Assembly (NCBI RefSeq): GCF_048403405.1
Contig: NZ_CP183129.1
DNA from: Escherichia coli
Lineage (GTDB): Bacteria; Pseudomonadota; Gammaproteobacteria; Enterobacterales; Enterobacteriaceae
Strand: one strand, 5' to 3'
DNA: 64,000 nt
The notes under the pieces were generated by a model, which saw only the letters and a list, made by a program, of their open reading frames with translations, searched no databases and was not told the DNA's origin. The position numbers and the translations under genes were made by a program. Shown here one piece after another: positions 62,893 to 64,000 of the stretch (positions are counted from its first letter, which is position 1; every line of letters begins with the position of its first letter).

Positions 62893-63266
62893 TGTGCAAT
62901 ATTCTCCAGCCAGGGGTTATTAAAATGAGGACCTGGTCTCATTTAAAAATAAATGACTTCATTGGGTGAAATAAGAATGTCAGGAGTTTAAAGGCAGAAA
63001 TGTGATCAATGTCAATCATTTCAGGGATTGCAGTGCCGCGCAGTAAGGTAAAGCGCAAATCTGTGCTTTAGCGCGCAACCTTATGTGCATATGCTCAAAA
63101 TAATATTTAAATAGTATTAATTAAATTAGCATTTGCACAATGATTATTATTCTCGCGCTGCTTATACTAATTCCCGAGTTCATTGCCGTAACGGCATAAA
63201 TAAAACTCATAAATAACACCTTCCCCATAATAATAAAAATCAGCATAAGTACCCGAGGTAAATAAA

Positions 63267-64000
63267 ATGATTCTGGACACCGTTGACGTAAAAAAGAAAG
63301 GCGTGCATACCCGCTATTTAATATTACTGATTATTTTTATTGTTACCGCCGTTAACTACGCCGATCGTGCAACGCTGTCTATTGCTGGTACCGAAGTGGC
63401 AAAAGAGTTGCAGTTAAGTGCGGTTTCGATGGGTTACATCTTCTCGGCTTTTGGCTGGGCCTACTTGCTGATGCAAATCCCCGGCGGCTGGTTGCTTGAT
63501 AAGTTTGGCTCGAAAAAAGTTTACACCTATAGCCTCTTTTTCTGGTCGCTGTTCACCTTCCTGCAAGGCTTTGTTGATATGTTCCCGCTGGCCTGGGCAG
63601 GGATCTCCATGTTCTTTATGCGCTTTATGCTGGGGTTCTCGGAAGCGCCATCATTCCCGGCGAACGCCCGTATTGTCGCCGCCTGGTTCCCGACGAAAGA
63701 ACGTGGTACTGCCTCCGCCATCTTTAACTCGGCGCAATATTTCTCGCTGGCGCTCTTTTCGCCGCTGCTTGGCTGGCTGACTTTCGCCTGGGGCTGGGAG
63801 CACGTCTTTACCGTTATGGGGGTAATTGGTTTTGTGCTGACGGCGCTGTGGATCAAGTTGATTCATAACCCGACAGATCACCCACGTATGTCTGCGGAAG
63901 AGCTGAAGTTTATCTCAGAAAATGGCGCGGTGGTCGATATGGACCACAAAAAGCCGGGCAGTGTGGCAGCAAGCGGTCCCAAACTGCATTACATCAAGCA
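63267..64000 (+). CDS. garP: Galactarate/glucarate MFS transporter GarP, 5' part (runs off the window end)
   Basis: ATG 63267 preceded by GAGG; translation MILDTVDVKKKGVHTRYLILLIIFIVTAVNYADRATLSIAGTEVAKELQLS... with MFS motifs; no stop before position 64000, so absent from the ORF track. Confidence 0.9.
   Translation, partial: MILDTVDVKKKGVHTRYLILLIIFIVTAVNYADRATLSIAGTEVAKELQLSAVSMGYIFSAFGWAYLLMQIPGGWLLDKFGSKKVYTYSLFFWSLFTFLQGFVDMFPLAWAGISMFFMRFMLGFSEAPSFPANARIVAAWFPTKERGTASAIFNSAQYFSLALFSPLLGWLTFAWGWEHVFTVMGVIGFVLTALWIKLIHNPTDHPRMSAEELKFISENGAVVDMDHKKPGSVAASGPKLHYIK

Overview
This 64 kb window reads as a contiguous stretch of Escherichia coli core chromosome (the K-12 b3131-b3197 neighbourhood, in reverse orientation relative to K-12 numbering), not an accessory island. 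Gene order is kdsD'(5' end)-yrbG / mlaFEDCB-ibaG-murA / sfsB / ispB / rplU-rpmA-yhbE-obgE / dacB / greA / yhbY / rlmE-ftsH-folP-glmM / secG-leuU / yhbX / argG / metY-rimP-nusA-infB-rbfA-truB / rpsO-pnp / nlpI / yrbN-deaD / mtr / yhbW / ubiUV (yhbUV) / ubiT (yhbT)-yhbS / yhbQ / yhbP / yhbO / yraR / yraQ / dolP-diaA-yraN-lpoA / rsmI / the complete 12-gene aga/kba operon with divergent agaR / yhaV-prlF toxin-antitoxin / garD / garP'(5' end). All assignments come from reading the six-frame translations and the DNA by eye against remembered E. coli proteins and RNAs; no database search was run. Many ORF-track entries begin at upstream in-frame alternative starts, so I trimmed them to the start that matches the known N-terminus. 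I found no IS element, prophage, CRISPR array or rRNA. I did not find a convincing previously undescribed system. The most notable points are strain-level differences from K-12: an intact agaW-agaE-agaF-agaA segment (deleted or truncated in K-12), no yraHIJK fimbrial operon between agaI and rsmI, and a metY allele with G at tRNA position 46. Known small regulatory elements are also present (greA leader terminator, AgaR operator arrays, ARG boxes, mtr operators, REP elements, a 26-codon yrbN ORF overlapping the deaD start).
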